From NCBI RefSeq assembly GCF_009914755.1, contig NC_060939.1: 64,000 nt of DNA, one strand, 5' to 3'. Under the pieces are notes generated by a model, which made no database searches, was not told the DNA's origin, and worked only from the letters and a program-made list of their open reading frames with translations. Shown one piece after another: positions 36,590 through 50,269 of this stretch. Position numbers and translations under genes: made by a program. Source of the DNA: the human T2T-CHM13v2.0 reference genome, Homo sapiens. Numbering within the stretch: the first letter of the stretch is position 1; every line of letters begins with the position of its first letter.

Positions 36590-38988
36590 ATAATTAATTC
36601 AATGTATTGCCTTTTGCTTTATAGCACCTTGAAGATATTGTGTGTTTTTTTTAATATAAATTGAAAGTTTGTGGCAACCCTGCATCAAGCAAGTCTGTTG
36701 GTACCATTTTCCCAACAGCATGTGCTCACTTTGTGTCTCTGTCACAGTTTGGTAATTCTCACAATATTGCTAACATTTTTATTATTATTATATCTGCTAT
36801 GGTGATCTGTGATCAGTGATTTCTGATGTTACCATTGCAATTGTTTTGGGGTGCTGTAACAATGAACTTACTTGATAAATGTCATGTGTGTCTGACTGCT
36901 CTACTTTCCTTCTCTCTCTCTCTCTCTCTCTACTTCAGACTGCCTATTTCCTGAGAACAGCATTATTGAAATTAGGCCAACTAATAAACCTACAATGACC
37001 TGTAAGTGTTCAAGTGAAAGGTAGAGTTGCTCATTTCTGATTTGAAGTAAAAAGCTAGAAACGATGAAGCTTAGTGAAGAAGGCATGTCAAAAGCTGAGA
37101 TAGGCCAAAACTAGGCCTCTTGTGTCAAACATTTAGTCACGTTGTGAATGTAAAGGTAAAATTCTTGAAGAAAACTGAAAGTGCTACTCCAGTGAACACA
37201 CAACTAATAAGAAAATGAACAGTCTTATTACTGATAGGGAAAAAGTTTTATTGGTCTGGAAAGAAAATCAAATCAGCTACAACATTATCTTCCTAAAGTC
37301 AAAGCCTAATCCAGAGCAAGCCATAATTCTCCTCAATTCAGTGTAGGCTGAGAGAGGTGAGGAAGCTTCAGAAGAAAAGTCTGAAGCTAGCAGAGGTTGG
37401 TTTATAAGGTTTAAGGAAATAAGTAATCTCCATAACATAAAAGGGCAAGGTAAAGCAGCCAAGTGCTGATGTAGAAGCTATAGCGTTATTCAGAAAATCT
37501 AGTTAAAATAACTGATAAAGGTGGCTACAGTGAAACAATAGATTTTCAATGTAGATGAAACAGCCTTCTATTGGAAGAAGATGATATCTAAGACTTTTGT
37601 AGCTAGAGAGGACAACTCAATGCCTTTCTTCAAAGCTTCAAAGGACAGACTGACTCTCTCATTAAGGACTAATTCAACTGGCGACTTTGAGTTAAGCCAA
37701 TGCTTATTTACCATTTTGAAAATCCCAGGGTCCTTAAGAATTATGCTAAATGTACCCTGCCTGTTCTATATCAATGGAATCACAAAGTGTGGATGACAGC
37801 AAATCTTTTTACTGAGTAGTTTACTGAATAATTTAAGCCCACTGTTGAGCCCTAGTTCTCAGACCAAAGGATTCCTTTCAAAATATTGCTGCTTGGTGAC
37901 AATGCACCTAGTCACCCAAGAGTTCTGATGGAGATGTACGAGGAGATGAATGCTGTTTTCATGCCTGCTTCCACAGCATCCCTTCTGCAGCCCATGGATC
38001 AAGGAGTAATTTGACTTTCAACTTTGACTATTTAAGAAATACGTTTCATCATATATGTGCCATGGTAGTGATTTATCCAATGGATCTGGGCAAAGTAAAC
38101 TAAAAACCTTTTGGGAAGGATTCAGCATTCTAGATGCCATTAAGAACATTTGTGATTCATGGCAGAAGGTCAGAAGAGCTACATAAACAGGAGTTTGGAA
38201 GGAGTTCCAACTCTCATTGATAACTTTGAGGGGTTCAAGATGTTGTCACTAGAGGAAGTAACTACAGATGTGGTAGAAATATTAATAGAAAGCAAACTAG
38301 AATTAGAAATGGAGCCTGAAGATGTGACTGAATTGCTGCAATCTCATGATAAACCTTGAAAAGATGAGGAGTTGCTTCTTATGGATGAGCAAAGAATGTG
38401 ATTTCTTAAGATGAAGTCTACTCCTGGTGCAGATGCTGTGAACATTGTTGAAATGACAACAAAGGATTTTAAATTGTGCATAAACGTAGCTGATAAAGCA
38501 GCAACGGGGTTTGAGAAGGTTGACCCCAATTTCAAAGAAGTTCTACTGTGGGTAAAATGCTACCAAACAGCATCACATGCTACAGAGAAATTTTTTATGT
38601 GTGTGAAAGGAAGAGTCAATTGCTGCAGCATACTTTATTGTTGTCCTATTTTAAGAAATTGCCACAGCCATCCCAAACTTCAGCAGTCTCCACTGTGATC
38701 GTCAGCTGCCATCAACAATGAAGCAAGACTCTTTACCAGCAAAAAGATTATCATGTTCTGAAGGCTCAGATAATCCTTAGCTTATTTTAGCCATAAACTA
38801 TTTTAAAATTAAGGTATGTACATTATTTTTAGACACATGCTATTGCACACTTAGTAGACTACAGGATAGCACAAACTTTTATATGCATTGGGAAGCTAAA
38901 GAAGTTTGTGTGACTTGCTCTATTGAGATACTCTCACTTCATTGTAGTGGTCTGGAGCTGAACTCACAATATCTCATAGGTATGCCTG
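36590..38988 (+). mobile_element. Near-full-length Tigger1 (TcMar/pogo) DNA transposon with decayed transposase
   Basis: ttgaaagtttgtggcaaccctgc 5' region; transposase remnant from about 37063 (MKLSEEGMSKAEIG); catalytic-region remnants (FNVDETAFYWK, QPMDQGV); 3' TIR aggtatgcctg. Confidence 0.93.
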
Positions 38989-39384
38989 CATGAGAGAGAA
39001 AAAAGTAAGAGACAGAGAAATGGGAAAGGGGGATAGTTAAGAACCAGGAAACAGAGTTTTAAATAAAATTCTGTCCTTAAAAAGCAGAATGTGGCTTTAT
39101 ATGTAGCACTTAAATACTTGATTTAAATTTTATCATTTTTATGAAGAAGATATAAGATGAAGAAAGTTTTATGCTCCTTAGTATTTATGTGAATCTATGA
39201 AAATAAGCAACCAAGAGGCTTATTAATTGCCAAGTGTAAACAGAGATTTTTCAAAAGCAAGGTAAGAACTAGGGTAATGTCCAATGATATGTCAGTAGAA
39301 ATGGATTTTATATTTTTTTCAAAAATAAATATTATGGCATGAGTTTTTTTTTTAAAGAACAATTTTATTCCTGGATTCTTCAGG

Positions 39385-39687
39385 TTTTATTTTTATTATT
39401 ATTTATTTTTATTATACTTTAAGTTCTATGGTACATGTGCACAACGTGCAGGTTTGTTACATGTGTATACATGTGCCATGTTGGTGTGCTGCACCGATTA
39501 ACTTGTCATTTACATTAGGTATATCTCCTAATGCTATCCCTCCCCTCTTCCCTCACCCCACGACAGGCCCCGGTGTGTGATGTTCCCCGCCCTGTGTCCA
39601 AGTGTTCTCATTGTTCGATTCCCACCTATGAGTGAGAACATGTGGTGTTTGGTTTTCTGTCCTTGTGATAGTTTGCTCAGAATGATA
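39385..39687 (-). mobile_element. Short 5'-truncated L1PA (PA4-6-like) 3' end
   Basis: ttatactttaagttct...ttaggtatatctcctaatgctatccc; TSD caggttttatttt / caagttttatttt. Confidence 0.9.
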
Positions 39688-41444
39688 CAAGTTTTATTTT
39701 ATATATTATAAATATTTAATTAAGCCTAGCAATAGACTTACTCAAGATGTGTGATGCCCACTATAATACAGAATAAGTCAAGTGCAGCTAGTTAACACTG
39801 ATAAACACCTTCTCCTAACATTCAACATTAATGAGAGGCAACATAGAGGCTACAGGCACAAATCAAGTACATGCAAAAATAAATGGCTAATATGGTAGTA
39901 CATCATTTCCAAATAAATATAAGATGTGTAAACAATAGCAGAGAAAGTGGAAATCTTTTCACCTGTTCTAAAACAAAAGAATAACAAATTGGGAAAAGTC
40001 CTTAGACATCATGTAATCCTACCCAACTGGAGACTTTTACCTTTTTGAAATGCCCCAGTTAAGTGCTGTCCCAGTTACCCTTGAAAATCTCTGCAGAGGC
40101 AGTCTCATTGAAGTAACTCATTTCACCTTTGGACAGCTCTGTTCGTAGTAGAGTGTTTTCTTTTATTATGATCCCTGAAGCTTCCATTTATTGTTTTTAG
40201 TTCTGCCACTGCGATCCAGCAAAAATACAAATACTCTTTTTTTTTCAAATACTTCTTTCACATGATAGCCTTGAATTACTATTACAAATCTAGAATGAAT
40301 CCCTCATTTTGTATTTCTATGCAACAGAAAATGTAATATGACAATCAAAACCTTTTGGAGCTAGACATGAATAGAAGTTTAATTTCTTTTTTATTCACTA
40401 AATTACAGAAATTATAGTTTAGCTTAAATTCTGATTCATGTTGTTTTTAAACTAGAGCTTCCCTCTTTTAAAAGTATCATCTTCTTGCCTCTTTTTTCAG
40501 TCTGACATCAATCACCATAATCTAATTGTTCTGGTTCTTGCTTCTTGATACATAGAGGTGGGTGGTCAGTTTGATGACATCTGGCATTTAATGCTTGCTG
40601 AGTTCTCTCTTTTATAGAAATAATTTGATGTATTGAAGCAGGCTGCCAGCTTAGGTATGCTGGGGAGTGGGGTGGTTGTGAGGACGGTGAGGGCTGAAGC
40701 CACTTCTGCTTTCAGATAAAAGTGTTTCGTAGTAAAGGGTTAAGAAAATAACATCAATAAAACAAAGAATTCTTTGGAATAAGACCAGACCTAATTTTGT
40801 AACTTGGCTTAGAAAGTTACTATCTACATAACCTTCATTAAATGAGCTCATTTCACTTGGCCGTAGGGTCCTCATCTATAAAATGGGAATAATATTGACT
40901 TTGCAGGCCTGTTGTGATAATTAAATGAGACTGGCACACTTCATCTAGCACAGTGTCTGGCTTCTCCTATTCCAAAGCTAGTGTAGAGTTAGAAACTTCA
41001 GCTCTTAGTTATTGGTAGCTTCCCTAGCACATCTGCTCCCAATCATCTAAACAGTATTGTTGTTTAGGACAGTCCCCCACCCCACAGTCAGGACAGGTGG
41101 CATTTTCTGCTCTGGGCTTTCATCTTCTCCAGTTAGATTATTCTAAAATGGGAGCTCCTCAGCAGTGGTTAAGGCATCAGTTTTCTAATTTCCCAGAATA
41201 ATAAAGCTGCTGGCAATGCAAAGACTGAAGAGAAGTTGAATGTTTCCAGGACTCAGTTTGGTATGTCCCTGAGTGACTGAGGCTGCTGTGCTTCTGAAGG
41301 TCTTCTTGGTGGTATTGGTATGGCTTTGCATGGGAGAGACCTGCTGCTGTTGCCCAGTGAACCAATGAAGAAGAAACATATATAGAATATTGAATTAGTG
41401 CCAAGAACTCTGCCAGATCTGTGCCTCAAAAAAACTCATTAAGA

Positions 41445-43950
41445 TATTCATGCATTCATTTATGCACTCATTAATTCATTCATCAAAAGTGTTGAAAGTT
41501 CCCTTTGGGTCAAATTGTGTGTAACAATCCCAGCAAAGAAGTTATAATATAGTATAAAAAGTACAGTAAAATATGTAAAATGTATAGAAATGATACAGAG
41601 AAAAGGATCCCCTACTCCTTGGGGTGGAAGAGAAAGTTTCCAGGAAGAAATGACATAAAGTGAGGTTTGTAAGAGAATAGGCTTTCAGAGAAAGGATAAT
41701 TCAGGCAGGCATAGGAACACACATGTGAAAACAGAGGAGGCTTGACCTAGTATAGCTTATTATGGAAATGTCCATATGTTGATATTATAGAAGCTTAACA
41801 TGCCAAAGGGGGTTGTGAAAATAGCTTAAGTTAGAAGGAGAGTGTTGTGGAAAAAAGACCAAAACCAAAACCTTAACATTTAATCTAAAACCATACTGCT
41901 TACCAAGAAAGGAAAGGTAGAATTCTCACTAGTTAGTTGTGTCTGTGTTGCTGTCACATTTCAATTCCTTTGCATATCAAAATCTTAGGCTTCCTGACAT
42001 ATAAGGGTACAACTTAAAACCCATTTGAGAATCAAATTTTGTTGGTAATGGAGTGGAGATTTTATGATCACAGGTGATGAGGGTATACCTTGTGAAAACT
42101 AAGGGAGGAGAACTCGGGGTAAAAATAGAGGAGAGATATCTTACAAAACACCATTTTCAGAAGGCTGTTTGTGAAGAGTAGTGACAACTTAGGCTTGAAA
42201 GAGGCAGAAGCTTTTTCTGGTAAACATTAAGGTGTTCTTATTTTGTAGAGACCTTATATTCTTCTCTCTAGCAGGAAGTTACGTGAGATGAAGTTCTAAC
42301 TGATATGGGAGGGTTGGCTTTTTTTTCCTCAGGAACCTGGACTTGTGTGTTATATACATCTTGCAAGGCTAATAAGAAATTGTAAGCATGTAGAGTCATG
42401 ATCAGATTTGCATTTCATAAATATTACCTTGATCACAATGCAGGAGACGAATGTGTGGGGTATGAGGCTGGAGGCAGACAAATTAGTTAGGAGACTATTG
42501 CAATATTCCCAGGGAGAGATAACGAGGGATTAAACTAAGAAGAGCCATTGGGAATAGCAAGGAGATGATGAGGTTATCTAATAAAAACCCACAGAAAGTA
42601 ACAAACATAATGGGGAAAGATTAGATGCATTCTGTTTAAAGTTGGAACAAGGCACGGGTGCCTGCTATCAGGTATACTTTTCGATATAGCACAGGAATTC
42701 TGTCCAATTCAGAAAATTTTGAAGAATAAATAAGGTGTATACAGATTGGAAGCAATAATAAATATGTGATTGTTTGCAGATATGATGAGATACAGGAACA
42801 CACACGCAAACACACACACACGTAAAAATCTATAGACAAACTATTAAAATTCAAACCAAATCTATCAATATGCTGGATACCAGATTATATTACAAATCAA
42901 CACACAAAAGATCCACAAATTGAACCAAAAAGAAATTGTGCCAAAGACCAAATTTCCACTCAGGGAATGTCCTCACACAACTGTCTCCCTTTTTCTCCTT
43001 CACATCTAAGGGTGGCAAACCTCCCTGCCCACTTCAAGGGTGCCCTTACGACCAGAAAACTCTACTATCTCTTGTGGTTTTCCTATACTTAAACTGTACT
43101 TATGTAAAACATCATTTATTAAACTCTCCGACTAGGACGGTGACAAATATAATTCCTTCTCAAGATGGGCAGTATTAGCCACCGTAGAAGCTCCATTCTT
43201 CTTGTCTGTCATTGGTTCAATAAATATTTGTTGTCATGTGATTCCATTCTGGCCATTAAATGAGGTTAGAATTCTGTTGACTAGCTTCTGAAGAAATGTG
43301 TATTGACTCATACAAAATTACAAGAAAAAAACAGTTTCTTTTCTCCTCTGGACATTGTCCTGTCTGAATGTGGAACCTGGAATTTCTGAATCATCTTCCT
43401 ATCAGCTTGTGGATGAAGTCATTCCAAAGTGTTCCTTCAGCATTGACAGATGGAAGTGAATGGGTGGAGAGGAAGAAGGCAAAGGGCTGGACTCTAGAGA
43501 ACTTCAACACCTGGTAGGTGGCGTGAAAAGAGGAATTTCAGAAAAGAGAAATATCAATCAAAGAGACAGAAGATGAACCAGAATAATAGAGAAATTAAAA
43601 AAGAAAGAACTTCAAGAAAAATGTCATGGCCAATATCATTCTGCTGTTGAAGGGGCTTGTTAGGTAAGGTCTGAGCAGAGACTAGACAGTCTGAAGCAAA
43701 AGCAGTTGCAGTGGAATAATGGTGCTGAAACCCGAGAGCTAAGGCTTGAGAGATAGGAGAGGCATTAGACTGTGTAAGGAGACCGTAGGAGAAGCTAAGT
43801 ACATTTTCAGAGAGTTTTCCAGTGGAGCAGAGGAAGAAAAGTAGCTAAGTAAAGTTGTTATTCCTTTTCTTTGTTTTTTGTATAGGGAATAATTCAGGGT
43901 GAGAAAAACCTATGGGTAGAAGTGATGAAGTCACGAAAGAAGAGAGATTA
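41445..43950 (-). mobile_element. Fragmented L2 with nested L1ME (~42570-42930, +) and MLT1 (~43190-43440) pieces
   Basis: L2 tail complement attcattcatcaaaa; gatcagatttgcattt and ggagactattgcaata motifs; degenerate L1 ORF2 and MLT1 motifs between. Confidence 0.55.
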
Positions 43951-45234
43951 TAGAACTGTAACCAACTTGAACAGCTAGGCCATTTTAAACAGCCGGGTAA
44001 TTTTAATTGAATTTACCTCACATATTTGAACATTCAGACCATCCCTATAAACTGAAGTGGTGTAGAATCTGGGTTCCTACCTATGCTCTCTTCTTTCTCT
44101 CCTGTGTAGTATTAATACTGTCTGTCTCTCTGTGTAGTATTAATACTAGCACTGCAACCTCTGAGTGCCGAGAGCGTGTCACTTTCCTTTAGGATTTATG
44201 TGCTCTGACTCAGCCTGATCTCCATCAGAAATGCCTGTGGCTCTGGCCACCGCTTGAGTTGTTGGTACGTGACACTTTACTGAAATAAGTGCTGCGGAAA
44301 ACTTAGGAGTGCTGATCTGAGCCAGAGCACTTGAGCAGGATGTGCCTACCTCTGATGGCATTTTTGGCTGGGAGCCATTTCTCTAACTCCTGAAATCTAG
44401 GTCTTGCCTCAGGTCAGGAGGTTTGGAGCTTGGAGACAGACAGATTGGAACAGGGAATATGTGTTCAGATGAAGATCTAGAAAATTTAGCCTTCAAAGGC
44501 AGAGCAGCAACTAGTTCATCTTTTCCTTTTCTCTCATTCTTCTCTTTCTCTCTCTTTTTAAATTACCAAAGCCTTTATAATAACTAACCATAGTCAGAAA
44601 ATAATCTAAGCTTTTTAAATGTGTTTTATACTTCTTGGAATTCATTTCCTCCCTCATGCTCCCCTCCTGTATCTCCTTCCTATTTAATATTAATGTGATT
44701 CCAATCCTGCTTCTCCTCTACTCTGCCTGCTTTCTTTTTCAACTTCAGTGATGAGTCCCTGGCACTCAGGTTAATTTTCCCTTTATTTTAATTATTTCTG
44801 CTTTCTCATCTTGACCTTTCCTTCATTTCTAGTTGATGCCCTCAGACTGCTGTGAGAAAATTAAGTCACGTCCATCCATTTCAGAGGACCAAAGTGTGTA
44901 TTGCTCAGTCACAAATTCTCCATCTCATTTTCTCCTGTAACAGAGGCCCATAGAGATTAGTCAAAAGGAGCAAGAAATGGGTGACCTATTTGTCCCTGGT
45001 AGTTAAAAATTTAACATACAGCAACAGCACATTTACCTCATTTCCTGAGGGTATGGGGTGTTCCATGGAAGTGATTTTTAGAAATAACAGGAACTCAGTA
45101 GATATTTCTTTTGAATATCAGGCTCCAATATTCAAAAGAAATAACTTTTTCTTAAATGGAAGTCTTTGTGAAGACTGATCACTGTGGAATGCACTTTCTA
45201 AACAGCAACCTCAATACATAATGCCACTGGAAAA

Positions 45235-45430
45235 GGGAGGCAGTGTGGTGAGCATTCTGGCTATCTGAATTTATCTGAGTTTAGCTCTGCCAAACTCTCC
45301 AGGGACAAGCTAGGAAGGTTTGGGAAGTTACTTCACTTCTCTGAGACTAAGTAGCTTCATGTGAAAAATGAGAGCTTTAGCTCCATGATGCATTTCTAAG
45401 ATCTCTTCCAGCCTTGCTAGTCTGTGATTC
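45235..45430 (+). mobile_element. MIR
   Basis: gggaggcagtgtggtg...gggaagttacttcacttctctgagact...aaaatgag. Confidence 0.65.
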
Positions 45431-46384
45431 AATTTTAACTTTTCTGTTTAAATTGTTCATGGTTATTATGAACATCAGTTATTATTATAGTGATACATTC
45501 AGGCCTAGGGTTTATGAAATAAAACTTTTCAATAAAGAAATAAATAGATACATGACCCTCCATAAATGAAACCAATATGCTACCGTATGTAAAATACTTG
45601 TATCAATCTTGGCAATTTTTTAACTTTCTTATTCAGCAATTATTTACATCTTTATATGACTCTCAGCTCACTTTTTATAGCTTTTTTCTGTTTGCCAGTT
45701 TAAGGTTTCTAACCTTCTACGTGTTGGAAAGTAAAAATCACTGTACTTGCTATAAATGCGCACAAACTGTCAATGAGTTCTAGATAATGAAATGACTTAG
45801 TGTGTTATGAATAGCATGCTTTTGTATTGTACATTTAGTACCATTTCTGCTAATTTGTACTAAAAATATTTCAGATAAATGAAGTTGTCAAGTGAGTAGA
45901 TTCTTGTATTAAAATATTATAACACTCCCACATTTAAGAAGACTAATACCTCCTGACAAGCTTTATTGTTTCATTTAAAATAGCAGAAGTTAGAACCAAT
46001 TCTAAAAATAGAGTCAAAGAATGTGTACAACATTTATTGAAAAATAAGCATCATAGTCACAAAATACCATGTCTAAAATTCAATTCTAACCCCCTTGTGG
46101 TAGAATGAGAAGAACATGGGCTCAGGAATCCAGCAAGAATATGTTGAATCCAGATATATGTTTGCAAAGGGGATTTATCCTAGGCAACTACTGAAGGACT
46201 CTGGATTCCCAGCCTTGCCCATGGGGTGGGGATGACAGCACCACCTCCCAGGTGGTGGGTGAATTACCTCACTTATTAACATATACAATTTATCAAAAAT
46301 ATAGTAGTTTCTTCTCATTGTCACTTATTATTCATCAAAGACATTTTGATTACCTTGAAATTGCTTGCAGAAAGCAATTTAATG

Positions 46385-47892
46385 TTTTTTTTCTGTATCA
46401 ACTTTTATTTGCAAATCAGGGGATGCATGTGCAGGTTTGTTAAAAAGGGATATTGCATGATGCTGAGATTTGGAGTATGACTGAATCCGTCACCCAGATA
46501 GTGAGCATAATACCCATAGGTAGTTTTTTAGCCCTTCCCCCACCTCCCTTTCTCATCCCTCTAGTAGTACCCAGTGTCTATTATTTCCATCTTTATGTCC
46601 ATGTTTACTCAATGCTTAGCTCCTACTTGGGAGAACATGTAGTATTTTGCCTTATCTTTCTGTATTATTTCCCTTAGGACAATAGCCTCCAGCTACATCT
46701 ATGTTGCTGCACAGGGCAAGATTTCATTCTTTTTTATGGCTGCATAATATTTCATGGTGTATATGTACCACATTTTCTTTATCCAATCCACTGTTGATGG
46801 GCACTTGGGTTGATTCCATGTTTTTGCTATTGTGAATAGTACTATGATGAACATATGGGTGCATGTGTCCTTTAGGTACAACAATTTATTTTCCTTTGGG
46901 TATATACCCAGTAATGGGATTGCTGAGTCAAACTGTAGTTCAACTCTTAGTTCTTTGAGAAATTTCCAAACTTCTCTTTACAGTGGCTAGACTAATTTAC
47001 ATTCCTACCAACTGTGTATAATTGTCTCTTTTTTTTCTGTAGCCTTACCAACATCTGTTATTTTTTTACTTTAAAAGAAGCCATTCTGACTAGTGTGAGA
47101 TGGTGTCTCATTGTGGTTTTGATTTGCATTTCACTGATGACTAGAGATAATGAGCATTTTTTTCATATGTTTATGGGCTACTTGTATGTCTTCTTTTGAG
47201 AAGTGTCTGTTCTAAAATTCATATGGAACCAAAGAAGTGCGCAATAGCCAATGCAATCCTAAGCAAAAGAACAAAGTCAGAGGCATCACATTAGCCAACT
47301 TCAAACTATGTTACAAAGCTGTGGTAACCAAAACAGCATGATACTGGTACAAAAACAGACACATAGACAAATAGGACAAAATAGAGAATCCAGAAATAAA
47401 GCCACACATCTACAACCACCTGATCTTTGACAAATTCAACAAAAATAAGCAGTGGAGAGAAGACTGTCTATTCAATAAACGGTGCTGGGATAACTGGCTA
47501 TTCATATGCAGAAAGAATGAACTACCTATCACCACATAAAATAAACTCAAGATGGGTTAAAGACTTAAATGTAATACCTCAAACTATAAAAATCCTAGAA
47601 GTAAACCTAAGAAATATTCTTCTGAATATTGGCCTTGGCAAATAATTTATAGCTAGGTTCTCAAAAGCAACTGCAACAAAAACCAAACTTGACAAGGGGG
47701 ACCTAATTAAACTAAAGATGTTCTGCAAAGCAACAGAAACTATCAAGAGAGTAAACAGACAACTTACAGAATGGGAGAAAATATTCACAAACTATGCATC
47801 TGACAAACGTCTAATATCCAGAGTCTATTAGAAACTTAAATCGGCAAGCAAAGAGAAAATAACCCCATTAAAAAGTGGGCAAAAGACATGAA
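46385..47892 (-). mobile_element. 5'-inverted L1PA15/16-like element
   Basis: Minus-strand 3' part 46385-47212 joined to plus-strand ORF2 part 47213-47892; degenerate TSD aatttaatgttttt / aatttaaaatattttt. Confidence 0.88.
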
Positions 47893-48064
47893 TTTAAAAT
47901 ATTTTTCAGGTCATAAGGAAGTTTATGAAAATGAACATGCTACTAATTATGGATAATCCATTAATACCGAGTTGAAAATGAGTAGGTTAACCAATGTGAA
48001 TGTAATCAACCCATCAGAAAATCTAAATAAGCTCAGAATCCAAAGTTACCTCAGCCACCAAGAA

Positions 48065-48332
48065 AGCAGTACAGTGCTTTGAGAGAAACTCAGATGTGGA
48101 CTAAGAGACATGGATTTGAATTCCAGCCAGACAACACTTTACTAATTGTGTCACTTGGAACAAGTCTCTTGATCTTTTGTGACTTAGTTTTCTCATTTAC
48201 CAAGTAGAGATATTAAGATATTAATATTTTTTATCTAGGCTTCACTAGCCTATTGTAAGGGAGAAATCAGATGAAGTAAGTCATAGGTTTCAGAAACTAA
48301 AAGGTGCTCTGAAAATGCGGAAGCCATTATTA
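48065..48332 (+). mobile_element. MIR
   Basis: ggatttgaattccagcc...tttactaattgtgtcacttggaacaagtc...agttttctcattt. Confidence 0.7.
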
Positions 48333-48447
48333 CCACAATTACATTCTACCTTAGTTGACAAGTATCAGTATATTTTCTGAATATTTAGTCTTAAGAGTAA
48401 ATATTGCCCTACTTTTACAACACTCTGAATAACTTACAAAAATAATT

Positions 48448-48498
<51 letters not shown>

Positions 48499-48503
48499 TT
48501 TTT
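48448..48503. repeat. (CA)8(TA)13 plus T-run microsatellite
   Basis: Directly visible. Confidence 0.95.
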
Positions 48504-49401
48504 AAGTTTTCAAACCTTTTTCCTTTTTTTTCTTTCTTTTTCAAGCTGGCTTTTATTTCATTTATTATTATTATACTTTAAGTTTTAGGGTACATGTGCA
48601 CAATGTGCAGGTTAGTTACATATGAATACATGTGCCATGCTGGTGCGCTGCACCCACTAACTCGTCATCTAGCATTAGGTATATCTCCCAATGCTATCCC
48701 TCCCCACTCCCCCCACCCCACAACAGTCCCCAGAGTGTGATGTTCCCCTTCCTGTGTCCATGTGTTCTCATTGTTCAATTCCCACCTATGAGTGAGAATA
48801 TGCAGTGTTTGGTTTTTTGTTCTTGCTATAGTTTACTGAGAATGATGATTTCCAATTTCATCCATGTCACTAAAAAGGACATGAACTCATCATTTTTTAC
48901 GGCTGCATAGTATTCCATGGTGTATATGTGCCACATTTTCTTAATCCAGTCTATCATTGTTGGACATTTGGGTTGGTTCCAAGTCTTTGCTATTGTGAAT
49001 AGTGCTGCAATAAACATACGTGTGCATGTGTCTTTATAGCAGCATGATTTATAGTCCTTTGGGTATATACCCAGTAATGGGATGGCTGGGTCAAATGGTA
49101 TTTCTAGTTCTAGATCCCTGAGGAATCGCCACACTGACTTCCACAAGGGTTGAACTAGTTTACAGTCCCACCAACAGTGTAACAGTGTTCCTGTTTCTCC
49201 ACATCCTCTCCAGCACCTGTTGTTTCCTGACTTTTTAATGATTGCCATTCTAACTGGTGTGAGATGGTGTCTCATTGTGGTTTTGATTTGCATTTCTCTG
49301 ATGGCCAGTGATGGTGAGCATTTTTTCATGTGTTTTTTGGCTGCATAAATGTCTTCTTTTGAGAAGTGTCTGTTCATGTCCTTTGCCCACTTTTTGATGG
49401 G
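48504..49401 (-). mobile_element. 5'-truncated L1PA3-like element with extended tail
   Basis: cccactaactcgtcatctagcattaggtatatctcccaatgc is a young L1PA 3'UTR; intact 192-aa ORF2 C-terminal frame; endonuclease site TTT|AAAA at the 5' flank. Confidence 0.93.
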
Positions 49402-49849
49402 CACATATATATTTTTTAAATTTCTGTGGCTTCTCTTTAATGTCTAGTTCTGTATTATACAGAGTGGATGATTCAAAATAATACAGGATACAGATTTAAA
49501 ACATAGATGGGAAAATAAAAATAAACAGAAACAGAATAAAGGTTAGTCCCACATTTTGAATTTATGGTCTTCATCCTCATTTCACACCAAGAAAAATAGC
49601 TCTGTTGGGTTGAAGAACATATGAAACTCTAAATTATATACAACTTAGGTTTCTAAAATATACTCACTCTTTTCTAATAGATACTCATTCTTTTTTCTCA
49701 TTCTCTGTGGACAATAGAGTAGGCCCAGACACCTGAAAACTTTCTTCTTAAGGATTGCCCACCTTCTGGAAACCCGTCATCAGTTGAGGCAAAGAGGAAA
49801 TTCGGTCACACACAGTGAATGGCTTAGGTCAGTTCTCCTCTTAGGGGTT

Positions 49850-50080
49850 AGCACAGCAGAGTGGTTGCAAAAGCACAGCTGTACAACCAGAGAGGCCTAT
49901 GTTTTACTGCCTATATGTGAAATCTTGAATAAATGCCTTAACAGCTCTTAGCGTTGGCTTCCTAAGTGAAGATAAGTTTACGTGTACATCTCACTAGATG
50001 AGTGAGTATTAAATGAGAAAATCATGAAAATCTCTTGAATGGCACACTCTAAGCATTCAATAATGACAGCTGTTAATAAC
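49850..50080 (+). mobile_element. MIR
   Basis: agcacagcagagtggtt...atcttgaataaatgccttaac...tattaaatgagaaaatcatg...aagcattcaataa. Confidence 0.6.
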
Positions 50081-50269
50081 TGCTAAGCTTTAGAGAAATG
50101 GACTCTCCCTTTTTTAACTGTAAAATAAATAAAATATGAAGATACTAAACAGGACTTGGTTAGGCCCAATGAAAAAGGAAGCCTAGCCTAAATAAATACA
50201 GTCAGTCTCTTTTCTAGGTCTTAAGCTAAAAAAGCTTAGACTCTTAGAGGTTCATACACTGTGTAGTCC

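Noticed and set aside
41177-41404. Two overlapping minus-strand ORFs with coding-like composition
   Set aside because: No recognisable protein and no matched acceptor-donor pair that I could support.
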